A stretch of DNA of 64,000 bases, from positions 37,110 to 101,109 of the IMG/VR virus record IMGVR_UViG_3300042731_001312. One strand, given 5' to 3'. This stretch comes from a virus. Numbering within the stretch: the stretch's first letter is position 1; each line of letters opens with the position of its first letter. A program made the position numbers and the translations under genes. This document shows, piece after piece, positions 20,638-29,722 of the stretch. Below the pieces are notes generated by a model. The model saw only the letters and a list, made by a program, of their open reading frames with translations, was not told where the DNA came from and searched no databases.

Positions 20638-20656
20638 ACAAACAGATTATATTAAT

Positions 20657-21040
20657 ATGAGAAATATAAAAACATTCGAAGCGTTTAAAAACTCAGTAAA
20701 TGAGTCAATTCAATTCGGTTCTTATTATTATAGTACTAGAACAGCATTCGGTGAGCATAGTGACAACCTACCAGAAAAAGGCAATACAAAGTATTTAGTA
20801 TTTGCACATAATGAAGTAGATTTCTATGGCCAAAGAATTAGATTAGAAAACGGCGGTAGCAATAAACAACATATCGGCATTTTTGACGATGAGGCTAGTG
20901 CGGCAGACGCGTACAATACTGCTATGAAAAAACCAGATGGTGTTTATATTTCATTCTCAATGGGAACACTTTACGCAAAGTCTAAGTTCTCATTCCAATA
21001 TGAAGAAACACAGGGTAAACTAGCAAAAATTAAAGCATAA
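20657..21040 (+). CDS. Probable internal head protein
   Basis: MRNIKTFEAFKNSVNES (CTS-like plus cleavage site); late-motif variant overlapping the upstream stop. Confidence 0.55.
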   Translation: MRNIKTFEAFKNSVNESIQFGSYYYSTRTAFGEHSDNLPEKGNTKYLVFAHNEVDFYGQRIRLENGGSNKQHIGIFDDEASAADAYNTAMKKPDGVYISFSMGTLYAKSKFSFQYEETQGKLAKIKA

Positions 21041-21042
21041 TC

Positions 21043-23535
21043 ATGGCAACATTTGAAGACTTTTTATCAGAAGGTAAAAAAATACAAATCAAAAGAAAGT
21101 ATACAGAGAATCACCCTGCACAAACAGTGGGCAAGACTGCTAATGTAAGAAATGCAGTACTTAAAGCAATTGCTGATGGTATGGTAACAAGAGAAGAGTT
21201 TAACTCTATTATTGCTGAACTTTCTGCTAATTCTAGCCAATGGGCTTCTAGAAATAGAAAATACTTTAATGTTTCTGAAGAGGGCATTAAGCTTTCAAGA
21301 TGGGGTCGTAGAATTCTAGCTGAACTAGATGAAACTCCTAAAGCTGCTGAACTTAACGAGAAAGTTAAAGTTACAAAAGATAAATTCCCATACATTGAGT
21401 TTAAAGATGGTGGTAAGAAGTATGAAGTAGAATTTGACCAAGGTGATATTATTGACGACCACGGTAACGAGGGTAAAGACTGGTATTATGTCGGCGTTGA
21501 CCAATTTGGCGATGAGTGGGAAATTGATGTTTACACTGATTTCAGAGATGAGCCAGAAGATTGGTTTCATGATACTATTAAGAGAGTTGATGAGTCAAAA
21601 GTTAATGAAGCTAAATTTGTAAAAGAATTTGATAAAGCAGTTCTAGATGCTGAAACAGAACAAGATGTTTTAAAAGTATATCCTACAGCTGAATTTTATG
21701 TAGGTAAAATGTCACACTTCTTTGGAGAACTAGAACCAAACTTATTCTTTAAAGCTTATTATGCAGATTGGTATAAGAAAGATACTGGTAAATCAATTAA
21801 AGGTGACTTTAAAATTACTACAATCTACTCAGAGAAGGGTAGTAGATACGTAAACTTATATGTAGAAGAATCTGCAGTTACTGAAAACTATGAAGTAATC
21901 TGGTCTGACGGAATGAGAGGCCTGAAGAAATTCAGAAATGAAAGACAGGCTAGACAATATTTCGACGATAAGATCAAACAAAAGGGTATGAGAGATGTTG
22001 CTTTATATAGAGCAGGCTCTGGTTTTCACTCAACAACACAAACAGAATATGTAATTGCATTTTGGGGTGATGGCACTTACCTGGATAACGTATCTAAGAG
22101 AGATGCAGATCTAGCAGCTAAAAAAGTAGAAGAATCAGTAGTTAACGAGGCATTCAAATTCGGTACTAAAAATCAGTACTCAATGGATGATGTTAATGAT
22201 GGCTATGGTTTTTGGGGTACTTTAGAAATGCACTACGATGAAAAAGAGGTACAAGACCACTGGTTAGTCGCGTTTATTCACCTAACAGGTAACTTAGGCT
22301 TCTCTGATGCAGGTGCATTATATTTCCTAAACGCGAAATCAGGTAGATGGTTAGCAGATCAAGTTAACGATAAAGAGGGTATGAACTTTGATCTAATAGA
22401 TGTAATGGATGCATACGCAAAATCATCTCAATGGAAAAAATGGGCAAAAGAATATAACGACTATGCCCAAGAAGAATTAGCAGAAAATAATAATACAAAT
22501 ATGAAAACAGAATTCCTATTCGAGTCATTTAGTGATTTCGTTGGCGCTAATTTTCTCAACGAGAAATTAGGTAGCCAGATTATGGCTGATATTTTTATGT
22601 CTAATAAGCAAGGCAAAGCTGCTGCGCAAAACATTAAAACCTTAGCAAGGGGTTTTTATGGTATGGCTAAAGTAGCCCTAGATAAAATCCAGGATGAAGA
22701 TTTTATTGTGAGTAACGATCCAGGTAAAGTATTTAAAAATTACGGCGGACCTAACCACATTTTATTCTTTATTTCAGATAACGAGAAAGAGAACCCATAC
22801 TTCCCAGTAGATTCTTATGGTTCATTAAGAACAATCCCGGGCGGTGGTATTCTACTAGCAGCAATGTCTGGTGATAGAATGTTCTTCGCTAACGAGTGGT
22901 CTAGATGGTCAGGTGGCGGAACTTGGACTAAGCAAAAGAAGGGTGATGAAAGCCAAATTGGTGTTTCTCATAGATATAGAGGCTGGGATGCAACCGGACT
23001 TAACAACGGTAAGAGAATCTCAGAAGTTTCTGATAGAGTAATTGTACTTAACCTAGATTTAGTAAGACAAAAGTATTCTACTGCTCAATTAAGAGATGCT
23101 AGAGCTGCTGCTAAAGCAGGAGCTACCGCGTTCCAATCTGATAAAGACTTCAAGAAGGCTAATATGGCTAGATACCAACAGATTTTAGCCAATAAAGCAG
23201 CAAGCCTACCTTTAGACAGTATGGTTGAAGGTGCGATCGATATGTTGACTAAGCAGATCCAAGACGGTTTAAAGAAAGGTGAGAAGACTCAGTATAATGA
23301 AATTAAAATTGGAGAATCTCCTAAAGGTAGAGAAGTAAAAGCTAGAGATGCTTCTAGCCACATGTCTTCTATTCTTGATGACTACCAAAGATATTGTGAC
23401 TATGTTAAACAGGCTGAAGAGTCAGAGGCTAGATATGGAGAAAGAGAGTCTTACTATGAAAGAGAGTCTAAAGATTACGCGAAAAGAATTAAAGATAAGA
23501 TTAACAAAATAGAAACATTCGATTACGCTTGGTAA
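21043..23535 (+). CDS. Modular probable internal head polyprotein
   Basis: MATFEDFLSE; modules bounded by ELNE, ESKVNE, ESAVTE, ESVVNE, FLNE; second CTS-like ESFSDF after internal Met 22501. Confidence 0.6.
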   Translation: MATFEDFLSEGKKIQIKRKYTENHPAQTVGKTANVRNAVLKAIADGMVTREEFNSIIAELSANSSQWASRNRKYFNVSEEGIKLSRWGRRILAELDETPKAAELNEKVKVTKDKFPYIEFKDGGKKYEVEFDQGDIIDDHGNEGKDWYYVGVDQFGDEWEIDVYTDFRDEPEDWFHDTIKRVDESKVNEAKFVKEFDKAVLDAETEQDVLKVYPTAEFYVGKMSHFFGELEPNLFFKAYYADWYKKDTGKSIKGDFKITTIYSEKGSRYVNLYVEESAVTENYEVIWSDGMRGLKKFRNERQARQYFDDKIKQKGMRDVALYRAGSGFHSTTQTEYVIAFWGDGTYLDNVSKRDADLAAKKVEESVVNEAFKFGTKNQYSMDDVNDGYGFWGTLEMHYDEKEVQDHWLVAFIHLTGNLGFSDAGALYFLNAKSGRWLADQVNDKEGMNFDLIDVMDAYAKSSQWKKWAKEYNDYAQEELAENNNTNMKTEFLFESFSDFVGANFLNEKLGSQIMADIFMSNKQGKAAAQNIKTLARGFYGMAKVALDKIQDEDFIVSNDPGKVFKNYGGPNHILFFISDNEKENPYFPVDSYGSLRTIPGGGILLAAMSGDRMFFANEWSRWSGGGTWTKQKKGDESQIGVSHRYRGWDATGLNNGKRISEVSDRVIVLNLDLVRQKYSTAQLRDARAAAKAGATAFQSDKDFKKANMARYQQILANKAASLPLDSMVEGAIDMLTKQIQDGLKKGEKTQYNEIKIGESPKGREVKARDASSHMSSILDDYQRYCDYVKQAEESEARYGERESYYERESKDYAKRIKDKINKIETFDYAW

Positions 23536-23536
23536 T

Positions 23537-24733
23537 ATGCCTTCTGTAAGTAAGTCACAACAAAGATTAATGGGAATGGCCTATGCTGTTAAATCCGGCG
23601 ATATGGAACTCTCAGACATTGACCCAGCTTACAGAGATAAAGTAAAATCATTATCTGACGGAATGACAAAGAAAGACTTAAAGAAATACGCTGCAACAAA
23701 GCATGATGGTCTACCAGAGACGGTGGATGAGGCATTTATTGGACCTTTTGTATTTAATGACAGTATGTCTGATGAAGAATTACTAGGAATGTACAATGGA
23801 GCATTAGATGGCTATGCTAACTATGCTAAAGGAATGTATTACCCTAAATCGGATTACAAGAAAGCTTATCAAGAAATTGAAAAGATTTTAAAGAAGAGAG
23901 GAGTTTCAGTAGACGAAAGTGCACAAGGGGCTGTATCTTTAAATCCAGGCATGACTATCGGTGGTATTGGTGACCCGATGCTTCCAACAGCAACTGAATT
24001 TGGATCGGGCGACGTACCTGCAGTAGCAGATATTGACGACGACGAAGAAGAGGCTAAAAAAGATAATACAAAAACAAAGTTAGAGATGGAAAATTTACAT
24101 TTAACTTTCGATAGTTTCTTAAATGAAGCTTCTAATTTTAACGATCCAGTTTTAGTAGCTTTTAGAGCTGCTAGAATGAAGAGGGAAGAAGAGCTTGCAA
24201 AACCAAAGCGCAAGCCCCTTTATGGTAAACAAAGACAAAAAGCTGAAGATGATCTGTGGAATATTAGCCAAGACTTAAAAGATCTATATGCAGATAGAGG
24301 TCAAATGTTAATTGACATGGAACAAGAAGCAGAGGCTGAAGGTGGTCCAATTGCAGACGAATACGGAGGCAAATTAAATGATATTGAAGATCAAATTCAA
24401 GCGCTAATTGTTAAGAGAAATAAACTTGAAATGAAATTAGCAGAATCAGTAGTTAATGAAAAGAAGCTAGATAGAGAAGACATGATGGCTTGGATCGAAC
24501 AACACATGGATTTTGTAAGAACTACTGAAGAATTCAACGGTTCTCCAGGTGGCATCTGGGTTTCAGGTGAGAATGGCGACGAGTATAAAGGTAGAGTAAT
24601 CTATGCATACTACTCTGAAGACTACAAGAACAGAACATTTGGTGTAGATAACAGATGGGAAAAGGAACTTAATAAAAGAGGGTGGTATAGTGAATGGCAT
24701 GATGCAGGCACATCCATGATTTGGCCACTATAA
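23537..24733 (+). CDS. Modular probable internal head polyprotein, DUF3008-like N-terminus
   Basis: MPSVSKSQQRLMGMAYAVK...LKKYAATKHDGLPE; internal LTFDSFLNE and ESVVNE. Confidence 0.55.
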   Translation: MPSVSKSQQRLMGMAYAVKSGDMELSDIDPAYRDKVKSLSDGMTKKDLKKYAATKHDGLPETVDEAFIGPFVFNDSMSDEELLGMYNGALDGYANYAKGMYYPKSDYKKAYQEIEKILKKRGVSVDESAQGAVSLNPGMTIGGIGDPMLPTATEFGSGDVPAVADIDDDEEEAKKDNTKTKLEMENLHLTFDSFLNEASNFNDPVLVAFRAARMKREEELAKPKRKPLYGKQRQKAEDDLWNISQDLKDLYADRGQMLIDMEQEAEAEGGPIADEYGGKLNDIEDQIQALIVKRNKLEMKLAESVVNEKKLDREDMMAWIEQHMDFVRTTEEFNGSPGGIWVSGENGDEYKGRVIYAYYSEDYKNRTFGVDNRWEKELNKRGWYSEWHDAGTSMIWPL

Positions 24734-24758
24734 AGGACAAACTTTTAACAAAATAATT

Positions 24759-24789
24759 AGCCTGATATTTTTTTATGTCAGGCTTTTTT
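24759..24789 (+). terminator. Intrinsic terminator overlapping an early promoter
   Basis: agcctgata...tgtcaggct followed by a T-run, after the internal-protein block. Confidence 0.65.
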
Positions 24790-24812
24790 ATTATATTAGT
24801 ACTGTAATTAAA
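24774..24812 (+). promoter_or_regulatory. Early-type promoter
   Basis: tatgtcag...ttttttattatattagtactgtaattaaa upstream of small hypothetical genes. Confidence 0.75.
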
Positions 24813-24822
24813 GATAAAGTAT

Positions 24823-25122
24823 ATGAAAACATTTAAAGATTTAGTATTTCATCCGAACCGCCGCGGCGGCGTTAACAGTCGAACTGATTTCGACAATGGA
24901 TTTTCACTTAGTGTGGTTGCAGGTGGTGTGGCTTACAGTACGCCTCGTGATGACAGTCAAGACCCAGAACATTTCAGTGCGTTTGAGATAGCGGTGTTTG
25001 CTCCTGATGGTGAATTCACACGTGAGTTCTTCCCTGAAGACCATTCGGATGATGTAATGGGTTGGCAATCGCGTGCCGACATCAATACTATTTTGTTACA
25101 AATTCAAAATCACAATGAGTAA
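24823..25122 (+). CDS. Hypothetical early protein
   Basis: FDNGFSLSVV...FEIAV...DVMGW pattern common in small phage proteins; first gene after an early promoter. Confidence 0.7.
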   Translation: MKTFKDLVFHPNRRGGVNSRTDFDNGFSLSVVAGGVAYSTPRDDSQDPEHFSAFEIAVFAPDGEFTREFFPEDHSDDVMGWQSRADINTILLQIQNHNE

Positions 25123-25276
25123 GAAAAAGAAACATGATGACAAATTAGACTTCAACGGAGGATGGACCTCTGGTGAGGCTGCTCATCATATTTCTAAGAA
25201 AATGACTCAACAAACAGTGCCTGATAAAACCAAGTATTCAAGAAAGAAGAAACATAAAAATAAAGACGATGAGTAA
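25115..25276 (+). CDS. Small basic protein with ArfA-like YxRKxKH motif
   Basis: ATG 25115 overlaps the upstream stop; ...PDKTKYSRKKKHKNK. Confidence 0.5.
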   Translation: MSKKKKHDDKLDFNGGWTSGEAAHHISKKMTQQTVPDKTKYSRKKKHKNKDDE

Positions 25277-25946
25277 GATTGTAGTTATCGGAGATATTCA
25301 TGGACATACTTCATGGAAGGACGTTATGCGTGCACATGGTGATGCCACCGAATATGTATTTGTCGGAGACTACTTTGACTCTTTTTCTGTTTCACACGCC
25401 GAACAAATCTTTAATTTTAAAGAGATTATTAAGTGGAAAGAGGGGTCAAAGATTAAAATGACTCTACTTATTGGCAACCATGATTTCCACTATATGTCAG
25501 ATTGTGGAGGTAGATACGGCGGCTACAACTATATGTTTGCACCTGAGATTAATCAATTGCTCAGGGAGAACAAACACCATCTACAAGTGGCGTATCAATC
25601 TGGTAAGTATCTCTTTACTCACGCTGGAGTCTCAAGAAAATGGTATGAGTCCAATTTTTCAGAAGATGGAAATATTGCAGACCAAATTAACGAATTATGG
25701 AGATATGATAAAAGGTCTTTTAATCATACCGGTATGGAGGCGTATGGGAATGTCCCGGAAGAAGGCCCGATGTGGATTCGTCCTAGGGCTTTAAGGAGTT
25801 CACTACTCGATAAGAATATCGTACAGGTGGTTGGACATACTCACATGCGAGCAATTGATTATGATGATAACCACTATTTTGTTGATACACTTCCGTATGA
25901 GTATTTGACTATAGAAAACGGAGTTCCGATCATCAACAAGTTCTAA
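25269..25946 (+). CDS. Calcineurin-like metallophosphoesterase
   Basis: GDIHG, GDYFD, GNHD, THAG, GHTH. Confidence 0.92.
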   Translation: MSKIVVIGDIHGHTSWKDVMRAHGDATEYVFVGDYFDSFSVSHAEQIFNFKEIIKWKEGSKIKMTLLIGNHDFHYMSDCGGRYGGYNYMFAPEINQLLRENKHHLQVAYQSGKYLFTHAGVSRKWYESNFSEDGNIADQINELWRYDKRSFNHTGMEAYGNVPEEGPMWIRPRALRSSLLDKNIVQVVGHTHMRAIDYDDNHYFVDTLPYEYLTIENGVPIINKF

Positions 25947-25963
25947 AACTGTTCAATATTTAG

Positions 25964-25994
25964 GGCCGTTCACTCACAATGAACGGCCTTTTTT
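25964..25994 (+). terminator. Intrinsic terminator
   Basis: ggccgttca-ctcacaa-tgaacggcc-tttttt. Confidence 0.85.
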
Positions 25995-25997
25995 ATT

Positions 25998-26026
25998 GAA
26001 ACAAACTAGCACTTTCGTACTATAAT
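25998..26026 (+). promoter_or_regulatory. Middle-type promoter (modification cluster)
   Basis: GAAAC-N18-TATAAT. Confidence 0.7.
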
Positions 26027-26043
26027 TAATAAATCTATTTTAT

Positions 26044-26376
26044 ATGAGCAATATTCTAGAACAAGCAGACAAAATTATTAACCACAGATCAGAAGAGAAA
26101 GAACGTATGTATGGTCCTTTTGAAGAGGGCATGCGTCGTGCAGCAATGATCTGTTCTGGCATGACAGGCAAAGAGTGGACCGGATCCGATATGTATGCAG
26201 CACTCGTCGCACTTAAATTAAGCAGACATTCTTACAACTATAAAGAAGATAATCTTCTAGATGCGGTCGCATATATTGGCGGCCTAGATAATTACATTAA
26301 GAAGTATGGCTACGGTGAAACCGAAAAGCCAATTAATTTAACTGATGCCGACGCTGGATATGGAGACAAACAATAA
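26044..26376 (+). CDS. DUF6378-like all-alpha protein (nucleotide-modification associated)
   Basis: ILEQADKII..R...YGP...LVALKLSR....KEDNLLDAVAY. Confidence 0.7.
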   Translation: MSNILEQADKIINHRSEEKERMYGPFEEGMRRAAMICSGMTGKEWTGSDMYAALVALKLSRHSYNYKEDNLLDAVAYIGGLDNYIKKYGYGETEKPINLTDADAGYGDKQ

Positions 26377-27436
26377 CCTGGTCTATTTTACGGACTTAGA
26401 GAAGGATAATAATATTCGAATAGGTATTTCTGCGTTAGTTGGAAAACTAAGCAGTAAATTAACTTCACATAAATCAGGTTGGGCATTCCATTTAGCAAAT
26501 CAGCTAAAGCATGCCGGCTATCAAAATGTTCAAGTACTTACAGATAACACACCATGGGACGTAACAAGATTCGATGTAATCTTAATCGAGCACGGTATGG
26601 AATTCAAAGGCAATTTTAATATCTTCGGTGGGGCGAACGATGACTTGTACCATCAAATCACTAGAATGTTCGCTCCCGGTATACGCATGTATTCGCTCCA
26701 CCACGATATGCCTTGTGTAGGTACTCTAATTGAAAAGCGCCTAAAGACAGGTTCAGATCTTTTTAAAACACTTGAAGTACAAATAAAAGACGCTAAATCA
26801 ATTTGTGCTAGAATTCCTAGAGTAGATAGAATCCAAAAGACAGATAAACTTTGCTTTGGAGATTCACATTCATTTAGCCAGTATACTCCGGGTTATATGA
26901 CTGATCGCCATGATGGCTTAACTCTATTCGGTACTTTAAGAAGAGGTATTCGCTCTTATGTGCCAGAGGAAATTAATGCACTACGCATCTATCTAGGGAA
27001 TATAGATATAAGACACCACTTAATGAGACAAGATAATCCATCTAAGTCTCTAAAAGATATGTTGGCTAATTATGAACAACAGTTGATAGATTTAGAAATA
27101 AGTGATATTGAAGTGGTTCAGGCCCTACCTATCGAAAACGAGTCTAGACCGTTACCAAAAACAGGTTACTACAAAGGTACTCCTTTTGCAGGTACTTGGG
27201 CGGAAAGAACTGCATTGGTAAAAGAGTTTAACCAAATAGTAGAAGAAATGTGTAATAGAAACGGCTGGAAAACGTGGCAACACCCTGCAGTCTTTTTAAA
27301 CTCATTTGGTGAGTTAACATTTGACGTAATGGAAAAGCCTAAGTCAGTACATATTGCACGAGAATATTATCGTTGGGATTTAGAGCGTGACGAGCCCAAT
27401 AAGAGATTACAACCAGTTACGCAAGCTTTATTTTAG
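26360..27436 (+). CDS. Two-domain protein with C-terminal SGNH/GDSL-like domain
   Basis: Block I FGDSHS, block III-like LGNIDIR, block V-like KSVH; ends TQALF. Confidence 0.55.
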   Translation: METNNNLVYFTDLEKDNNIRIGISALVGKLSSKLTSHKSGWAFHLANQLKHAGYQNVQVLTDNTPWDVTRFDVILIEHGMEFKGNFNIFGGANDDLYHQITRMFAPGIRMYSLHHDMPCVGTLIEKRLKTGSDLFKTLEVQIKDAKSICARIPRVDRIQKTDKLCFGDSHSFSQYTPGYMTDRHDGLTLFGTLRRGIRSYVPEEINALRIYLGNIDIRHHLMRQDNPSKSLKDMLANYEQQLIDLEISDIEVVQALPIENESRPLPKTGYYKGTPFAGTWAERTALVKEFNQIVEEMCNRNGWKTWQHPAVFLNSFGELTFDVMEKPKSVHIAREYYRWDLERDEPNKRLQPVTQALF

Positions 27437-27439
27437 TAT

Positions 27440-27601
27440 ATGAAAAAGTATGATATTTTAATTACGCCATTAGAGAGAACTGGCGGTAGAACTGACGCAC
27501 CATATCAAATCCAACTAGAGACTGATAATATTGATTGGTCCATGGAACAATATCAAAGAAACAGACCTGCTCTAGACTGGAAGATTGTAAATGAAGATTA
27601 A
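27440..27601 (+). CDS. 53-aa hypothetical protein (absent from ORF track)
   Basis: MKKYDILITPLERTGGRTDAPYQIQLETDNIDWSMEQYQRNRPALDWKIVNED; fills the gap and overlaps the next start. Confidence 0.7.
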   Translation: MKKYDILITPLERTGGRTDAPYQIQLETDNIDWSMEQYQRNRPALDWKIVNED

Positions 27602-28808
27602 GACAACCAAATATTACGACGAATTTATTCGTTACTACGAATTGGCATTAGACCAGCAAAAGAAGTCTAATCTAGGCCATATTCCACATGCACAATCCGA
27701 TATGCAAGATCCTCTGATGGAGCACATTGAGTTGTATGATGTAGTTGAAAGAAAATTCGCAGGTTTTAGCCAGATCGTTAACGATTGCTTTTATGGTTGG
27801 ACTCCTGAGCACCCGTATTGGTCTAGGATGCAGGCCGGTTTAGTAACAGAGCAGAGAAAAGAGGTTGCCACTAATTGGACTGGTAAGCAAGAAGTATTCG
27901 GCCTACCAGAATGGCTGTACCTATTCATACTACACAGAGTCTGTGGTTCTGCAATCAACTATGCCACGAAGCCTAGCGGCTACCACAACACACTTCTGTT
28001 TGATCTGTGGCAATCCGATACAATAGAGCAAATGTGTGAGCAGGTAAAAGCAGCTACTAAATCTTTTTATACATCAGTAGGTTATCAATTTCCCGCTTTC
28101 CCAAAACCCCCACAACCAGAGGCTAACGAAGATGTTTTTGTTGGCATGTCGGGCTTTGAGGCACCTCAGTTTCAATATAAGAGAGGCGGCGATTATTTCC
28201 TGTGTGAATTTGCACCACGCCTAGCCAGAGATATGGCTAACTATTTAGAAGAGGGTGGTAAGAAAGATTTAAGGGAATTGGGTCAATGGATGTTTGACTG
28301 GAATAAAGCAAATGGATTAAGAGCGTATAAATTCCAATATGCAGCAGTTTTAGCAGATGTCGCAGATTGGTTCCCTGAGTACATCAATAAGGAGTCAATG
28401 TTTTATTATGGCACAAATGCTGTAGAATGTATTGGCTATCTAGCAGATCCAGTAGAGGGTAAAGGTAAAAAGTCTGAGCCATTCCTAGATGCAGTAATGA
28501 CTAAGATTTATGAGCAAACAGGTAGTTTACCATATAATGCTGAGGATGTTGCATGTGACTTTATTAGATGGATCGAAAATTACATGAGACCTGGTGCTGA
28601 CTATGCACATATTGATATGGATAATTTATGGAACTCTTCCACTATCTTAGACCATCCTTATGGTAGACAGAAGGCAATGTTAGACCTAGGTCTAGTAGAA
28701 ACATTTAACGGAATGAAACACCACCCATCAGATGATAAAATCATAGCAGAAGCTGGAATTACAGTAGAAGAATATAAAAAAAGAGTAGCACAGATTTATG
28801 GCACATAA
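27591..28808 (+). CDS. aGPT-Pplase-like (HhH-glycosylase-related helical) DNA hypermodification protein
   Basis: DPLM..IELYDVVER, YLFILHR, FQY..VLAD, YYGTNAVECI, NAEDVACDFIRW parallel the DP.L...F.NV.R / GPGA..G / E..LCEFDKY pattern of aGPT-Pplase1; adjacent to a PLP enzyme. Confidence 0.55.
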   Translation: MKIKTTKYYDEFIRYYELALDQQKKSNLGHIPHAQSDMQDPLMEHIELYDVVERKFAGFSQIVNDCFYGWTPEHPYWSRMQAGLVTEQRKEVATNWTGKQEVFGLPEWLYLFILHRVCGSAINYATKPSGYHNTLLFDLWQSDTIEQMCEQVKAATKSFYTSVGYQFPAFPKPPQPEANEDVFVGMSGFEAPQFQYKRGGDYFLCEFAPRLARDMANYLEEGGKKDLRELGQWMFDWNKANGLRAYKFQYAAVLADVADWFPEYINKESMFYYGTNAVECIGYLADPVEGKGKKSEPFLDAVMTKIYEQTGSLPYNAEDVACDFIRWIENYMRPGADYAHIDMDNLWNSSTILDHPYGRQKAMLDLGLVETFNGMKHHPSDDKIIAEAGITVEEYKKRVAQIYGT

Positions 28809-29694
28809 TAAACACACAGACTTATTAATTAATCAAGATCTAAATTTAATGATGCCTAATAGACAGGCGTGGTTAGATTTAGCCGGTGATTGGGTAGATC
28901 CTTTTCCAGCACCTGAAATCCACGAGCATAATGGATTCAATGTGGTTAGAGAAGATCTAATGGGCTTTGGTTCTAAATGTAGATTTGGTGACATCTTAGT
29001 ACAAACATGTCCTAAAGACACATTGGTATACGTACAGCCTAGATATGGTTTTGCAGGTATTTCACTTGCGTATCTAGCAAAGAAGTATAATAAAAGACTT
29101 GTTCTTTTTAGCCCAAGTCAAAAAGAGATTTCAGACCATCAGGCTATTTGTGTGGAAAGAGGTGCAGAGATGAAATTTAAGAGGATTGCAGCAATGCCAG
29201 TATTAAATGCACATGCAAAACAATGGGCTGAAGATAACGATGCATTTTTTATTCCACTCGGACTTCGCCATGAACTGGTTACAGCAGCCGCTGTGAAGGT
29301 GGCATACGATCTTGCAGAGAAACATGGTTATCCAGAAGAAGTATGGTCAGCAATATCCACAGGCGTTCTATCTCGAGCTCTACAGATAGCTTGGCCTGAT
29401 GCTCAGTTTAACGGAGTTGCTGTTGCAAGAAATATTCAAAAGGGCGAGAGAGGTAGAGCACAACTCTGGTCACATCCTAAAGCATTCACACAAAACGTAG
29501 ATCCAGAATACTATCCGCCATTTCCATCAGCGTTAAACTATGACGCCAAGGCTTGGGAATTTATGGTAAAACACGGTAATCCTGGTGCGTGGTTCTGGAA
29601 TGTTGGAGGTGACCCAAAACCTGAAAACGAGAATACAAAATTGTTAACAAATTCCGAAAGAGCTTGGGGTGAAGTCCTTGAAACAGATAGGTAA
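28798..29694 (+). CDS. PLP-dependent enzyme (fold type II) of the kind found in phage thymidine-hypermodification clusters
   Basis: VVREDLMGFGSKCR (PLP lysine), SAISTGVL, YDAKAW, FWNVG. Confidence 0.75.
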   Translation: MAHNKHTDLLINQDLNLMMPNRQAWLDLAGDWVDPFPAPEIHEHNGFNVVREDLMGFGSKCRFGDILVQTCPKDTLVYVQPRYGFAGISLAYLAKKYNKRLVLFSPSQKEISDHQAICVERGAEMKFKRIAAMPVLNAHAKQWAEDNDAFFIPLGLRHELVTAAAVKVAYDLAEKHGYPEEVWSAISTGVLSRALQIAWPDAQFNGVAVARNIQKGERGRAQLWSHPKAFTQNVDPEYYPPFPSALNYDAKAWEFMVKHGNPGAWFWNVGGDPKPENENTKLLTNSERAWGEVLETDR

Positions 29695-29707
29695 TTTTAA
29701 CTATAAC
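29680..29707 (+). promoter_or_regulatory. Middle-type promoter (gp56-FkbM-gp43A)
   Basis: GAAAC-N17-TATAAC. Confidence 0.65.
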
Positions 29708-29722
29708 AAACAAATTAGAAAT

